Assembly (NCBI RefSeq): GCF_018977255.1
Contig: NW_024704742.1
Coordinates: forward strand, 10,976,001-11,036,000
Source: Callorhinchus milii
Lineage: Eukaryota
Direction: 5' to 3'
Length of the DNA: 60,000 nt
How positions within the stretch are numbered: position 1 is the first letter of the stretch; every line of letters starts with the position of its first letter. Below, one piece after another: positions 39,150-51,647 of this stretch. Made by a program: the position numbers and the translations under genes. The notes beneath the pieces were generated by a model. It made no database searches and was not told where the DNA came from. It saw nothing but the letters and a program-made list of their open reading frames with translations.

Positions 39150-39380
39150 CTCATTGGCAGACGGGCCTTCTACCACTCTTCCCCCACCCTCTGGAACTCC
39201 ATCCTGCAGTCCCTGCACCTCGCCCCCTCCCTTGCCTCCTTCAAGACCTGTCCCAAGACCCTCCTCTTCCACCCACCCCAATCCTGACCACCAGCTAGTT
39301 CCGAAACACTGATTGTCTAGCGCCTTGGGACGTCCTCCCGACTCTATACAAACATAATTTTGTTGTGTTGTTGTTATTGT
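39150..39380 (+). mobile_element. L2 3' end
   Basis: AFYHSSPTLWNSILQSLHLAPSLASFKT; (TTG)n tail. Confidence 0.85.
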
Positions 39381-39393
39381 TTGTTTCATCCCC

Positions 39394-39530
39394 CAGTTCT
39401 GATGAAAGGTCATCGACCTGAAACATTAACTCACTTTCTTCTCTCCATAAAAGCTGCCTGACTGGCTGAATGTTCCCACGACTTCTGTTTTTATTTCAGA
39501 TTCCAGCATCTGCAGTATTTTTGCTTTTTT
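39394..39530 (+). repeat. Penelope-type short repeat with a minimal type I hammerhead ribozyme motif (39395-39431)
   Basis: AGTT-CTGATGA-A-AGGTC-ATC-GACCT-GAAA-CATT-AACT: both catalytic boxes, a 5 bp stem II and a 4 bp stem I. Confidence 0.75.
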
Positions 39531-39899
39531 GCTTTGTTTCATGCTCCCCTCTTCATGGATTTGAGGCCTCAGATTTCTGCCCTCACCATGGCTCTAGTTT
39601 GTTTAAAGTCAACTCAATTCACAGCAAGAAACAGCACTGCTTATTCAGAGCATTTCTACAGGCTTATTCTGATGGCACCACTTTATGTCATGCAACATGT
39701 CATCATGATCCCACTTATGTATTAGACTTTACTTTTCAGTGAGAAATTCATGGGGAGCCAACACTAAAGCTAGCGATCTTTCAATTCTGCAGGTATGTTG
39801 GAAAAAAATTCCAAATATAAATATGGAAAGAAACGTTTGCAAGTCCTAATTAGCTGTTAACTAACAACAATGTGCTATTATACACAACAACATATTTAT

Positions 39900-40340
39900 A
39901 ACAATAATACTTTCATTTGATATAGTGCCATTCACATCGAGAGGTTGTCTCAAAATGTTTCACAGGATTTACTGTAAAGTGTAGTGACTGCATTCTTGCA
40001 GGCAACCATGGCAGTCAATTTGCACACAACACTGTCCGCAACCAACCATGAAATGAATGATTAATGTTATGTGAGAGATTGTTTACTGGTACAATGGGAG
40101 AAAATCCCTTCTCTTTTTGGATAATGCTTTGGGATCTTTAATATCTACCTGAACTGGCAGACAGGACCTGTGTTCAATACCTTATCCAAAGGATGGCACC
40201 TCTGACAATGAAACACACTCCACTCTTAGCACTACGTTGGAGAGTCCAGCTAAATCAAATTAGTTCAAAGTTCCCCCTTGAGGCTTTGAACCCACAATCA
40301 TCTGATTCAGAGACTAGAGTGGGTCCGCTTAAGCCAGACT
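39900..40340 (-). mobile_element. Old full-body DeuSINE, near full length
   Basis: Tail, Deu block, AAGGATGGCACCTCTGACAATG, head TTTGAACCCACAATCATCTGATTCAGAG. Confidence 0.78.
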
Positions 40341-41344
40341 ATGGAGGTATTTAAAAATGAAGATGAAGATTTTAATATTATAATAATAATAACATAATAT
40401 TCCTTGCATTTGATATAGCGCCTTATCACGTCTTCAAGATGTTTCAAAGAGCTTCACAGAATATGCTGTAAAGTGAATTGTGTATTGAGTGGGCGAAACA
40501 CGGCGGCCAATTTCGCACAGCAGTGCCCCACAGTCTACTGGGGGAAAGGGAGCTAGTGGAGCAGGGGTGGATATGGTTGATAGACGTCTAGATGGTCTGC
40601 AACTTGTGCAGGGAGAACCTCAGGAATCTGGTGAGAAGGACAAGGGACTAATTAAGACTGGTCATAATGAAAGCCTGGCGGTGTTTTAAAGCAGCCCAGG
40701 GGCACCAAGACATCAACTTTGCTGTTTCTCAGTTTCTCCAGTATGTTTTTTTTCTTACCTTAACTTAATGGATGAAATTGTCTCTCTTTTACCATTGTTT
40801 AATAATAATTGATTATTGCATTTAATATAGTGCTCTTCGTGTAGGGAAAACATCTTAAAATGCTTTATTATAATAATAATAATAAAAATCCTTGGATTTG
40901 ATACAGCGCCTTACCACATCTTCGAGATGTCTCAAAGAGCTTAACAGAATATACTCCAAAGTGAATTGACTGTGTATTTTGCGGGCGAAATGTTTAAAAG
41001 GGTTTACCACAAAATGTAATGATTATGCATTCTACAAGAACAAATAAGCATCAATGAAATCAAATCAAATCACATGGGTTTGAACAAGACCCAAAACAAG
41101 ATTGTCAAAAAAAAGAATTAAGTGATTCAGGCCTCCAATAAAACCTGACAAGTGCAGTCAACTACTTTATTCCTTGAAGCATGTTCTCTAAATTGCTCTT
41201 AGATTACCAGCAGCAAACTCTGTCAATTCCATTCCAGAATGATTCACTATGGGACCATCAAAGAAAGCAGAGATGAGCTAGAAAAGTTAACTGAGGTCAT
41301 TTTAGACTTGGGACTCTGTGCAGTGCAGTAGCCTACTGGTGCAT

Positions 41345-41710
41345 AATAGTAATAATAATAATTACATTTGATATAGTGCCTTCTCATGTCTTCAAGAAGT
41401 CTCAAAGTACTTCCCAGAATATACTGTAAAGTGAATTGATTATATATTTTGTGGGCAAAACCCGGCAGCCAATTGTGCACAGCAGTGTCTCACAAACAGT
41501 CTTGGATTTGATTGATCAAATTATTATTTTTTGGAAAATACTTTTTAAGAGATTATTATCCCCGAAAAAGCAATCCACCAATCGACTATCAACCGAGTTC
41601 TTGCTTACTGCTATGTAAACAAAGTTGTTTCACCCTGCCCAGGAATTGAACCCAGGTCATCATGCTTTTTGTGAGGCGAGTGCTCTAACCAATACTCTAC
41701 AGGACTCCAC
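41345..41710 (-). mobile_element. Medium SINE
   Basis: Tail through to GAGTGCTCTAACCAATACTCTACAGGACTCCAC. Confidence 0.87.
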
Positions 41711-41964
41711 AATGCATGTTAGGGATGGACATTCAAATTGGGCATAATTGAAGAGCGTATTCAAGCAAATTGAGTCCTGACATAATTCAAACAAATAAGA
41801 AACAGCATCAGTGAACTGGTGTTCCTTATTTTTATTAAAAATAATAGTGACAAACTAGAATGTAATGTTTGGCAACTTTCATAATTGTACCAATAACTTA
41901 GTACCATGTGTTCTTGTTCACGAGAATCAGTGTGTTATTAAAATAAGGCAGCCGGCGAGTCTTA

Positions 41965-42620
41965 GATGTCATATTCCCCCACATCCGCAACATTGCATGG
42001 GTCTGCCATTGCTTTTTTCCTCAGGCCGCCGAAACCCTAATTCACACGTTCATCACATCCAGGCTCAACTACTCCAACTCCCTGGTTCTCGGCTTTCACA
42101 ACTCTTCCCTCCACAAGTTGCAGATCATCCAGAATTCTACAGCTCTCCTGCACCAGACTCAGTGACCCAATCACCTCCTCCCTCACACAGCTCCACTGGC
42201 TCCCCATCACTCAGAAGATAGAGTTCAAAATGCTCGTACTCGCTTTCAAGGCCCTCCCTGGCCTTGCCCCTTCCTACTTCTACAACCTGCTAACCCCATA
42301 TCAACCTGTCTGGTCCCTCCGCTCAGCAGGCTATGGCCCGCTCCATGTCCCCTGCTTGCCTGTCCCACCATAGGCGGTCGGGCCTTCAGCCTTTCTGCCC
42401 CCAAACTTTAGAAATCTATCCCACATTCCTTTTGCCTCGCTCCCTCCCTTTCCTTTTTCAAGACCCTCCTCTTCGACTGAGCCTTCAGCCACCCTCCTAC
42501 CATCCTGCCCTCCATTCTCCCTGATCTTAACCTCGTTGCTCGGATCTAAATCCTTGACTGTCCAGCACCTTGGGATGTTTTCCCAACGTGAAATTACAAA
42601 TGTAATTTTGTATTGTATTG
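41965..42620 (+). mobile_element. L2 3' fragment
   Basis: CTCCACTGGCTCCCCATCACTCAGAAGATAGAGTTCAAAATG; L2 tail. Confidence 0.83.
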
Positions 42621-43454
42621 TAGTCCCAAGTGAGAGGAAATATTGAAGCGGGTGGTAGGGTCGATCACCAGGGCAAACAAAATGTGAATAGAATCCTGTA
42701 AACGACACATTGGCAGCTATGTACAGTTGTGCAGAACTAATGATCCACTTTTATATGAACTGTGTTTGAGATTTTTCATATCCTTAGGGCAGTCTCCATC
42801 AGCTAAAAATTTGTGAATAGTCCGAAAGATTTATGACGCACAGGATGAAACTGACATTTTGTGGTTGGGCGATATTGACTTGGTATATTTGCCAGTCATA
42901 TTGGTGAATCTCTGCCAATCACATCATCCTGTTCGTCAAACTGTTGTTTTGTTCTGAATTCATCCATTGAATCACGTGAATCAGATTTCATACAAATATA
43001 TTGACACAGATACTTAGACAGTTGTATCCTCAGCAATATGAAAATATCCAAGTTTGATGTGTTGATAACCAAGACATGGCTTGAAATTCCTTGAGCCAAA
43101 TGTTAAAAATGTTAATATCAGTTTACATTTATTTTTTGCCGGTTTATTAGTGCTCAAATATTCCATGAGAGGTAGTCATTTTCCCCAAAAGCTTCCAGAA
43201 CAGCCAAATGAAGTCTCATTTTAATGGGTTCTCTGATTGCTTTAGAGCAACTTCCAGTGATCTGAGACGCTATCCTGTTTGAAAGACGGTGTATAAATGC
43301 AAATTGTTCTTGTTGTAGTTGGAGAGATGATCAAGATCCTCGCACCAGTGTCTGACAGGTGATTAGCAAATTAATGGAATCTGGGCATACTCTGTTATCT
43401 TCAGAAGCCTTACTGGCTCTCTCTACGTCTCCTTCCTTCATCATGCATGTTGCA

Positions 43455-43690
43455 TCATGAGTGCACACATTCATTGCATCCAGGCTTTTCTACGCCAACT
43501 CCCAGCTTGTCGGCCTTCCCAACTCTTCCCCCCACTAGCTGCAGATCATTCAGAACTCTGTAGCTTATGTCCTCTCCCGCACCAGGCTCCATGACTCCAT
43601 CACCCCCACCCTCGCCGGTCTCCACTGGCTTCCCATCCCCCAGAGGATAGAGTTCAAAATCCTCGTCCTCCACCTTCAAGGCCCCCCATA
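43455..43690 (+). mobile_element. L2 internal fragment
   Basis: CTCCACTGGCTTCCCATCCCCCAGAGGATAGAGTTCAAAATCCTCGTC. Confidence 0.8.
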
Positions 43691-44451
43691 GTAGATTAGT
43701 GGTGTTGTGGCTTAACCTTGATCATCTTGTTTTTTTTCCTCCTCAGCAATCTTTGGTACACTGGGGATTCTGTATTTACAAAAGTTTCAGTGAATCCCAC
43801 AATTTAGACCCATTTATACAGTGCCCTTTACATGGGGTAGCGTCCTGGAACACTTCACAGTGGCAGAGTTTGACAACGAGCCAAAGGGAAGAGGGAGGGG
43901 GAGAGGGAGGAGGAGAGGTGACCATAAGCACAATCCAAAAGGAAGGTATTTAAGTGGATTTGAAAGAGAGATCCAGAGTTTCGGGATGCAGTGGCTGAAG
44001 AGTCAGTAGAGTCAATAGAGGTGAGAGGGAAAATAATTTGAGTGTGGTTATTAATTCTTCAATGAGCTTTATTGCAGTGAAGCTACTGTTCTTAAAACTC
44101 ACAGAACAGGAGGTTACATCTGTTCTTGTCAAAGTGATTGGACCTGAAATTTGACCACAGTCTTCACTTGCAAGGAAAAAGAAGTGTGTGAAAAATCAAT
44201 TTAACACATCACCATCCCTGACCTTCCGTGATATCCATCTGTCTGCCTTAGCCCTTGAAGGACTTATTTGGTCTTTAACAGGCTATCTATTGCTAACTTA
44301 GCTAACGAAAAATGATTCTTTAGATCCTGAATGCAGCTGTCTGGAGCCTGCTTATCTTTTTGCTTCTTGCTTTTTTTCATACACCTTTCAGCCAACCTTA
44401 GTGCCTTTTGTTCCACTTCCAGTTTTCACCACTCTATTTCTGTTTCTTTAG

Positions 44452-44552
44452 GTTAGCCTTCATTTCAAATTCACAATGAATTCCATGATGACCTTTGTCT
44501 TGTGATGCTTCTCCCATTCTTCACCCGAAAGCCTGGACGAAAATTGCGAAGG
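44452..44552 (+). other. Candidate spliced exon of an unidentified gene
   Basis: Long pyrimidine tract ending TTTCTTTAG (44451) and donor AGG|GTAAGA (44552/44553); CpGs locally retained; possible MLLPFFTRKPGRKLRR. Confidence 0.3.
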
Positions 44553-44710
44553 GTAAGACGTGCCGTCCTTTATCACAAGTGATAATCATCAAATGCATCC
44601 AATCCGTGAGGCCAGTTGATAACAGCACTGCCTGGCTGTGACCTATTCCATTGCCCTATGACTTTGGCACCGTGGTAGGGCTGTTAACCAGACAGAATGT
44701 TGGCTTATGG

Positions 44711-45073
44711 ATAATAATAATCCTTGCATTTGATATAGCTCTTCATCACATCTTCGAGACATCTCAAAGCGCTGCACAGAGTGGATTGTAAAGCGAATTG
44801 ACTGTGTATCCTGTGGGTGAATCAGTGCAGCCAATTGTGCACAGCTATGTCCCACAACCAGTCATGGATTGAGCGACCACATTTTTTTCAAAGGGATTAT
44901 TATCCCCAGAAAAGCGGACCACCAATCAACAAATATCCAGGTTCCTTCTTACTGCTAAGTAAACAGAGGCATGTGGAGTAAGGAAACTTGCCCAACATTT
45001 TGCCCTGCCGGGAATCGAACCTAAATCCTTTCACCTGCGAGGCGAGTGCTCTAACCACTACGCTGCAGGACTC
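44711..45073 (-). mobile_element. Medium SINE, full length
   Basis: All modules present. Confidence 0.9.
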
Positions 45074-45279
45074 CTACCATTTAATTCACATAGGAAATGA
45101 AACCATACTCTGTAATCGGCAACTGCAATGAAGCTACAGGCTGGCTTTTGTCACAACCATTATATCAAAGACAAGGGCAAGGGATGCATCATAACCAGGT
45201 ATCAAACTATTCCAAATATGAGGCTACTTAAAAAGTGAACTCCATATTCTTTTTCATATGTGAGCCTGGATCAGTTGAT

Positions 45280-45990
45280 AGCTCTAACACATCTGAGTCA
45301 GGAGGTGTGTGTTCAAGGACTTGAAAGTAAGTGACTCTCCATTGCAGTGCGGTGGGGTGGGAGGAGTGGGGGGTTTGCCGGCCAACAATCCTCCAAATAA
45401 AATTGGTCACACCTCACAGCTTTTTGTGGGACAATGCTATGCTCAAATTAACTGCTGCATTCAACCACAAAACACGCATATATCCTATGAAGCTCTTTGC
45501 AGCTATACCAAAATGCAAGGATAATATTTCTCTGACTCACTCTCAATCTTAGACTTTCTTTCATTCTCTCTTTCTCTGTCTCTGCCTATCTCATTCAGCC
45601 TCTTTTTATAACTTTCTCTTTTCCTTTCTCTCTCTGACTCTTTCCTCTCTTTAAGTCTACATAGTTAATAAAAAAAACTTACCTTGGCTCTACCAGAGAT
45701 GACGTCTTGATGTGAAAGCTGCTACATCACATACAAGGATTATTATTTATTATTATTGTGGAGACCTGTAGCAAATTGGTTGGAGCCTCGCAATTGAGAG
45801 GACCTGGGTTTGATTACCGGGCAGGGCGAAACCTAAGATAAGTTTCCTTACTCCACACGCCTCTGTTTACCTAGCAGTAAGTAAGAACCCACAGCAGATT
45901 GCTTCCCGGGAGGTGATTATCCCTTCAAAAAATAATAACAATTTGGCAATGTAATAAAGTGTTATATCAAATGCAAGGATTAGTATTATT
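45280..45990 (+). mobile_element. SINE cluster (internally deleted DeuSINE 45280-45525; medium SINE 45758-45990)
   Basis: tRNA-like heads, CCTCTGTTTACCTAGCAGTAAGTA, tails AAATGCAAGGA. Confidence 0.72.
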
Positions 45991-46593
45991 GTTACCAGCA
46001 AAGGAAAATCCATATGTGCACTTATTAATATTGATTAATACACCAAGCTGTATTGGGAAATCACACGTAATAATGATTAATGTAACAATGTAATAATGAA
46101 AGTAATGGTATCACTTAGCTTTTTACTAATTTTGATTGGTTATAAATCGAGGATTAATTTTGAATTACCAGAAAGAAAATGTGCCTTACACTTGACCACA
46201 TTAATGATGAGGAAACATTCTTACCCTGTATTTTCTTCCACCTATAAAAAGAATTCAATTTTTTCTCCACGTTGCAGTATTTTCCAGTCGCTCACATAAT
46301 ATTTATGTACTAAAGCTATTAATCTCCGTAATATCATTTTAATATTAAAACAAACTATAATTTGCAGTTTTCGAGGGAGCCCAAACATATACCCACTTTG
46401 AGTTGCTGATCAATTCTGGTGAAATGCTAAGTATTAAACCTAATATGGTATATCCTCTGCAATTTGCTTTACATGTGTCAAGAAGCAGTCATTGATTATC
46501 TCTATCAAATTTCACCATCATTTGAATAATTATGAGGCACAACAATACCAGCACCACTTGTCATGCAAGCTGCAGAGCCCAGGTAGCTCAAGT

Positions 46594-46976
46594 GGTGAGT
46601 CCTGTAGCTCAGTGATTAGAGCACTCTCCTCGCAAGCGAGAGACCTAGGTTCGATTCCCAGCAGGGCGAAACGCTGGGCAAGTTTCCTTATTCCACACAT
46701 CTCTGTTCACCTTGCAGTAAGTAGGAACCCGGTTGTTCGTCGATTGGAGGATTGCTTTTCCGGGGGTAATAATTATTTTAAAAAATAATAATAATAAATT
46801 GGTCACTCAATCCACGATGACTGTTTGTGGGACACTGCTGTGTGTAAATGGCTGCCAAGTTTTGCCCCAAAAATATACAGTCAATTCATTTTACAGTATA
46901 TTCTGTGAAGCACTTTGCGATGTCTCAATGACGTGATAAGGCACTATATCAAATGCAAGGATTATTATTGTTATTA
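46594..46976 (+). mobile_element. Medium SINE, full length
   Basis: GAGTCCTGTAGCTCAGTGATTAGAGCAC..GTTCGATTCC through to (TTA)n. Confidence 0.92.
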
Positions 46977-48780
46977 CCTAAGTTACAGTCACCGCAGAGT
47001 TCCATGTACACACAACCTAGTGGCAAACCCAGTGCTGATGTCTGTTCCATCAGGCATTCACTCTGAATAAATAGGTTGCAAAAGTTATTGTGGTCATCCA
47101 GAATCGTTTGGCTTAATTGGAATCAAAGTAAATAGAAGTCAATATTGCTTGAGCCTAAGTTCGTCCACTAGTACCTTTATTTGCAAGTACATTCAGACCT
47201 GTTTTTAGCCTGTTGTACAATTCCTGCATGCAGGGAACCTTTTGACAGCTTCTTGTCTCAAAGTGATTTATGAGCTGCTTTGTAGCTTCCCTTTCCTCAC
47301 GTGAGCTGGAGGTGAACAAGCCAAGCCATGTTTTTGAACACAGTGTTTTCTGGCAATCTCGCTTTGTATTAATCTGATTTGGGGTTATGTTTCACTGACA
47401 TGACAGCATGAAATGCTACGTGCACTTATCATTACAGCGCCCGTTATTCTCAGTGCGTTCCAAATATTAGTGTGCTAATTCAATGGCAATATTAATGGAC
47501 CAAGTATATGAAAATGTAATCATAGTGCTTGAATGCTTAACATTCCCGTCAGCCTGTTTCAATTAATGATACAATTGACTGCCAACTATGAAAGCCATTG
47601 CATTGCTTTTAGTGGAGAGGGAGTGAGAGAGGTTCACAAAAACTGTCACTCTTACACCTGAAAGCATGGTAGTCCCACCCCAAAAAAGACTTTTGACTTG
47701 CCAGCTTCCCACACTAATACATTCCGAAGTTCCTGGTCACCGCTAACATTACTTCCTGGGCAGAGCATGCTTAATGCAGTCCACCTGTGCAAAAAGCACA
47801 GGAAATGACCTCAACACAACCTGGTAACCTGAAATTTGCCTGTTTTTCTGCCAATTTCTCTCAGTGGTCAACAATTGCCAAAATAAAATTGGTCACTCAC
47901 TTCATGGCTGTTTGTGGGCCATTATTGTGTTAAAATTGACTACTGTTGTAACCTACAGATATACAGTTTTCAATACAAATACACAGTAAAATCTTGTGGA
48001 GTTCTTTGAGGTGTCTCGCCTATATGATGAGGTGTGATCAAATTCAAAGATTATAATTATTTCAATGCAGATAAGTCCAAGTTGTTGGTTTTCCAAACAC
48101 CTCAAATGAAGCTTCAGTCTGTTCTGTCACCTTTCTAGATCCTTCACAGTACAATTACATATTGTATAATAGAGTTGCAGTGCTTATTCTAGGCTCCAAC
48201 CGATAATTTTCGGTTATATTTATTCCTGGGTTACTGTATGTGGTCATTCCTGCCAATCAAGGTGACAATCCTCAAAGTAATTAAAAATGGCTTTGAACAT
48301 ATGCTCACAGCAACTATTCTGTGAAGAGCTTTGAGACGTCTCAGCAATGTGATAAGGAGCTATATCAAATCCAAGGACTATTATTATCGTACTCTTCACG
48401 CATGGGAGCATCTCAAAGCATTTAGATGTCTTTCTCTTCTTTGCTTGTCAAGCAAGTAACAATGTGAACATAAAATGATTATAAAACATAAATAACTCTT
48501 ACATTTTCTGAAAGTTACATAGCAAATGGTGAATCTTTTCTAGTGAGTCTTGTGATGAGAAAGGTTGCTTAAAATAATGCAGTTCCCGCTTCAGATGAAT
48601 GATTCACATTACACTGCAGAGATGGTTCTGTTTCCCAAGCCAGTCATTTGTCTGACATTTTGAATAAGACTGTCACATTGCATTAAGTTATGCTTTTTTT
48701 TTGCTGTGGATTTGAGCCTATCGAGAACTGGGCTGAGATTACTCAAATTTAGTTCAGACAGCAGACTTCTATCTTTTCAG

Positions 48781-48897
48781 AAGGCAAAATACTGCAGATG
48801 CTGGAAATCTGAAATAAAAACAGAAGTCACTGGGAGCACTCAGCAGGTCAGGCAGCATCTATGGAGAACGGAAAGTGAGTTAACGTTTCAGGTCGAT
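48781..48897 (-). repeat. Penelope-type short repeat, hammerhead 3' half only
   Basis: Minus strand ATCGACCT-GAAA-CGTT-AACT; body is the reverse-complement homologue of 39412-39530. Confidence 0.72.
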
Positions 48898-49114
48898 TGC
48901 GCGCAGCAATGTTCTATAAATAGCCATGAATTTTATCTGCGGAATAATTGAGGATATTTAGGGGTAGAATTACAGACATTTTCAGAGTGGTAAAGGAGGC
49001 CATTCATCCACTGAGTCTACATCAGTGGATATGGAGAAACTAAATAAAAATAAAAAAGTTGTCATAGTCTTTATGTCGGAGTACGTTTGAATGGACAAGC
49101 AATGTTCCAGTGAT

Positions 49115-49625
49115 AACAAGAACAACAACAACAACAACTCGCACTTATATAGCACCCTCCACGCAGGGTACCGTCTCAGAGCGCTTAAAAATGGTAGAGC
49201 CTGACTCAAAGCTGCGGGAGGGGGAAGGGGGGAAAGGGGGGAGGTGGCTGTGAGCACGGTTGAAGAGGAAAGTTTTCAGGTGGGAGCTCAGAGAGGTAGG
49301 GAAGTGCCAGGAAGTGAATGAATTTGAACACGATTGTGAGGATCTTGAAGTCGATCCATTTGGTGTTGGGGAGCCAGTGGAGCCTGGGCCAGAACTGGTG
49401 AGATGTGGGTACGGAGTTTGGTCGGGGTCAGTATGCAGGTGGCAGAGTTTTGAATGAGCTGCATCTTGTGAATGGTGGAGTTGGGGAGTCCGGCGAGGAG
49501 TGCGTTCAGTAATTAAAGCGGAAAGTGACAAACGCATGCAATGAGGGTTTCGGCTAAATTTGCAGTAAGTTCTGGTTGGAGGTGGGCAATGTGACAGAGG
49601 TGGAAGACAGTGGTCCTTGTCATCT
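49115..49625 (-). mobile_element. L2 3' fragment (second family)
   Basis: (AAC)n tail; GAGGATCTTGAAGTCGATCCATT..GGGAGCCAGTGGAG. Confidence 0.82.
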
Positions 49626-49819
49626 ACAAAAAGGCAATAATGTTATCAAAAGCTCAGATGTCAACAAAATTCTAAACAGAAGGTTTGATTGGTTTGAGGC
49701 AGTTAATTAAATATCACGTGTGTATTAAATTCATTTAAAAGAATGTGCTTTTATTTGTAATCTATTTACAACAGTGAATTTTAATTTTAATAATTTATCT
49801 TTCTCTTACAAACCTATTT

Positions 49820-50202
49820 GTGGAGTCCTGGAGCTTAGTGGTTAGAGCACTCACCTTGCAAGCAAGAGGACCTTGGTTCGATTGCCAGGCAGGGCGAAAC
49901 ATTGGGCAAGTTTACGTACTCCACACACCTCTGTTTACCTAGCAGTGTGTTGGAACCCAGTTGTTAGTCGATTAGCGGATTGCTTTTCCGGTGGTAATAT
50001 ACCCGTAAAAAAAATGAAAAATAATAATAATTTTGGTCACAATCCACGACTGTTTGTGGGACATTGCTGTGCAGAATTGGCTGCCGCGTTTTGCCCACAA
50101 AAGATACAGTCAATTCACTTTACAGAATATTCTGTGAAGCGTTTTGAGAAGTTTCCAAGACGTGATAAGGTGCTAAATCAAAGGCAAGGATTATTATTAT
50201 TA
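49820..50202 (+). mobile_element. Medium SINE, full length
   Basis: All modules present. Confidence 0.9.
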
Positions 50203-50389
50203 CTTGTTGTTTTTGAAATTGGGTATGATATGAAGTTGACTTTTGTTGATGGCACGTGATTTAGAACAAAAGATACTTCCAAATTTCTCTACTTCTCACA
50301 TAAGGTCTGTGTATGGGTGTGAGTGCCAATCTGTTGACTTGAGCAAATGAGTGTTATTTATTTTTGTGCACTTGGACAGTGAGAAGCAT

Positions 50390-51138
50390 CAACCTGGCTC
50401 AGCTGATAGCGTTCTTGCCTCCAAGCCAGAAGGTTGTAAGTTTTAGCCCCACTTTGGGTCTTTGAACTCGTATAATATAGGCTGACATTCATTACAGTGC
50501 TGAGGGCGTGCTATGTTGTCAAGAAATGCTTTCCTTCGGAAGAAATGTTAAACCAAGATCAAAGCAGCCTGTTCAGATGGACATTAAAGATCCTTGCATT
50601 TCCTTGCAGTTATGTAACGCCTTATTACATAGTTAAGACATCTCAAAATGCTTCATAGGATATATTGTAAAGTGTATTTTGTGAGCAAAATGCAGCAGCC
50701 AGTTTGCACACAGAAATGTCCCAAAAATAGTCATGGAGTGAAAAGACAATTATTTTTATTCAGGGATTTGTTGGCCATACTGGGAGAAACTCCTTTCTCT
50801 TTTCAAATGGGATCTTTAACATCCACATGAACAGGAGACTGGACCTCAGTTTAACATTTGTCTGAAAGTCAACACTTCCAGCACTGTATTAGAGTGTAAG
50901 CTTGAACTTTGTGATTCCAAGTCCCAATGTGGGGTTTAAACCCACAACCTTGTGACTCAGCAGCGAGAGGGCTACCAACTGAATCAAGCTGACACACTAA
51001 TGACACTCTTTGAAAAGAAAAAGTGTTTCTCCCAGTGTCCAGGCCAACAATTTCAGCTGTTTACAGAAAAATCCTGTGGAGTGCTTTGAGACGTCCATCT
51101 AGCATGAAAGGTTCTATATCAAATGCTAGTATTATTTT
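50390..51138. mobile_element. Old DeuSINE (+) with an inverted DeuSINE (-, ~50592-50995) nested inside
   Basis: The + copy breaks at ATTAAAGATCC (50593) and resumes at TGACACTCTTTGAAAAG (~51001). Confidence 0.72.
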
Positions 51139-51647
51139 TATGTCATGAGAAGAGACTATCTGTCACACTGAGCTCACTCCTTTGAAAGTCCCTTTTAAAA
51201 CAGTGAACTCTTTTAAGAATAGGATAAGACGCTGAGCGATAAAAATATTAATGAACATGGAAAGAGAGAGAGAGCGAGTGTGCGCTGAAAAGTGGAATAA
51301 ATAAAATAAGGGCAATTCTAAAAAAACAGTTAGTAATGGCACAGACAAGAATGATGGGCCATTTTCTTCAGTAACATTTCTATACCTGTCTTGTTTTCTA
51401 AAACTCAGTAATTCTATCTGCAATCTATTGTTCACCTACAAATGCGCAGTCACTCCACTTGGTAGTAAATCCTATGCAGTGCTTTGAGGTGTTTCAACCT
51501 CAAAAGGCACTAGAACAAATGCAAGAATTATAATTATTATTATTTCAGTCTTTAACCAGTCTTTAACCCCTCCCCTTCCTCAAATACCCACCCTAGCATA
51601 GAAACAATTGTTTTACCTGGAGCCGAATGTTCATCTTAGTCTGTAGA

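Noticed and set aside
51617..51640. 24 nt minus-strand microexon (TKMNIRLQ)
   Set aside because: The acceptor tract is supplied by an L2 (TTG)n tail, the donor GTAAAA is weak, and there is no other support.
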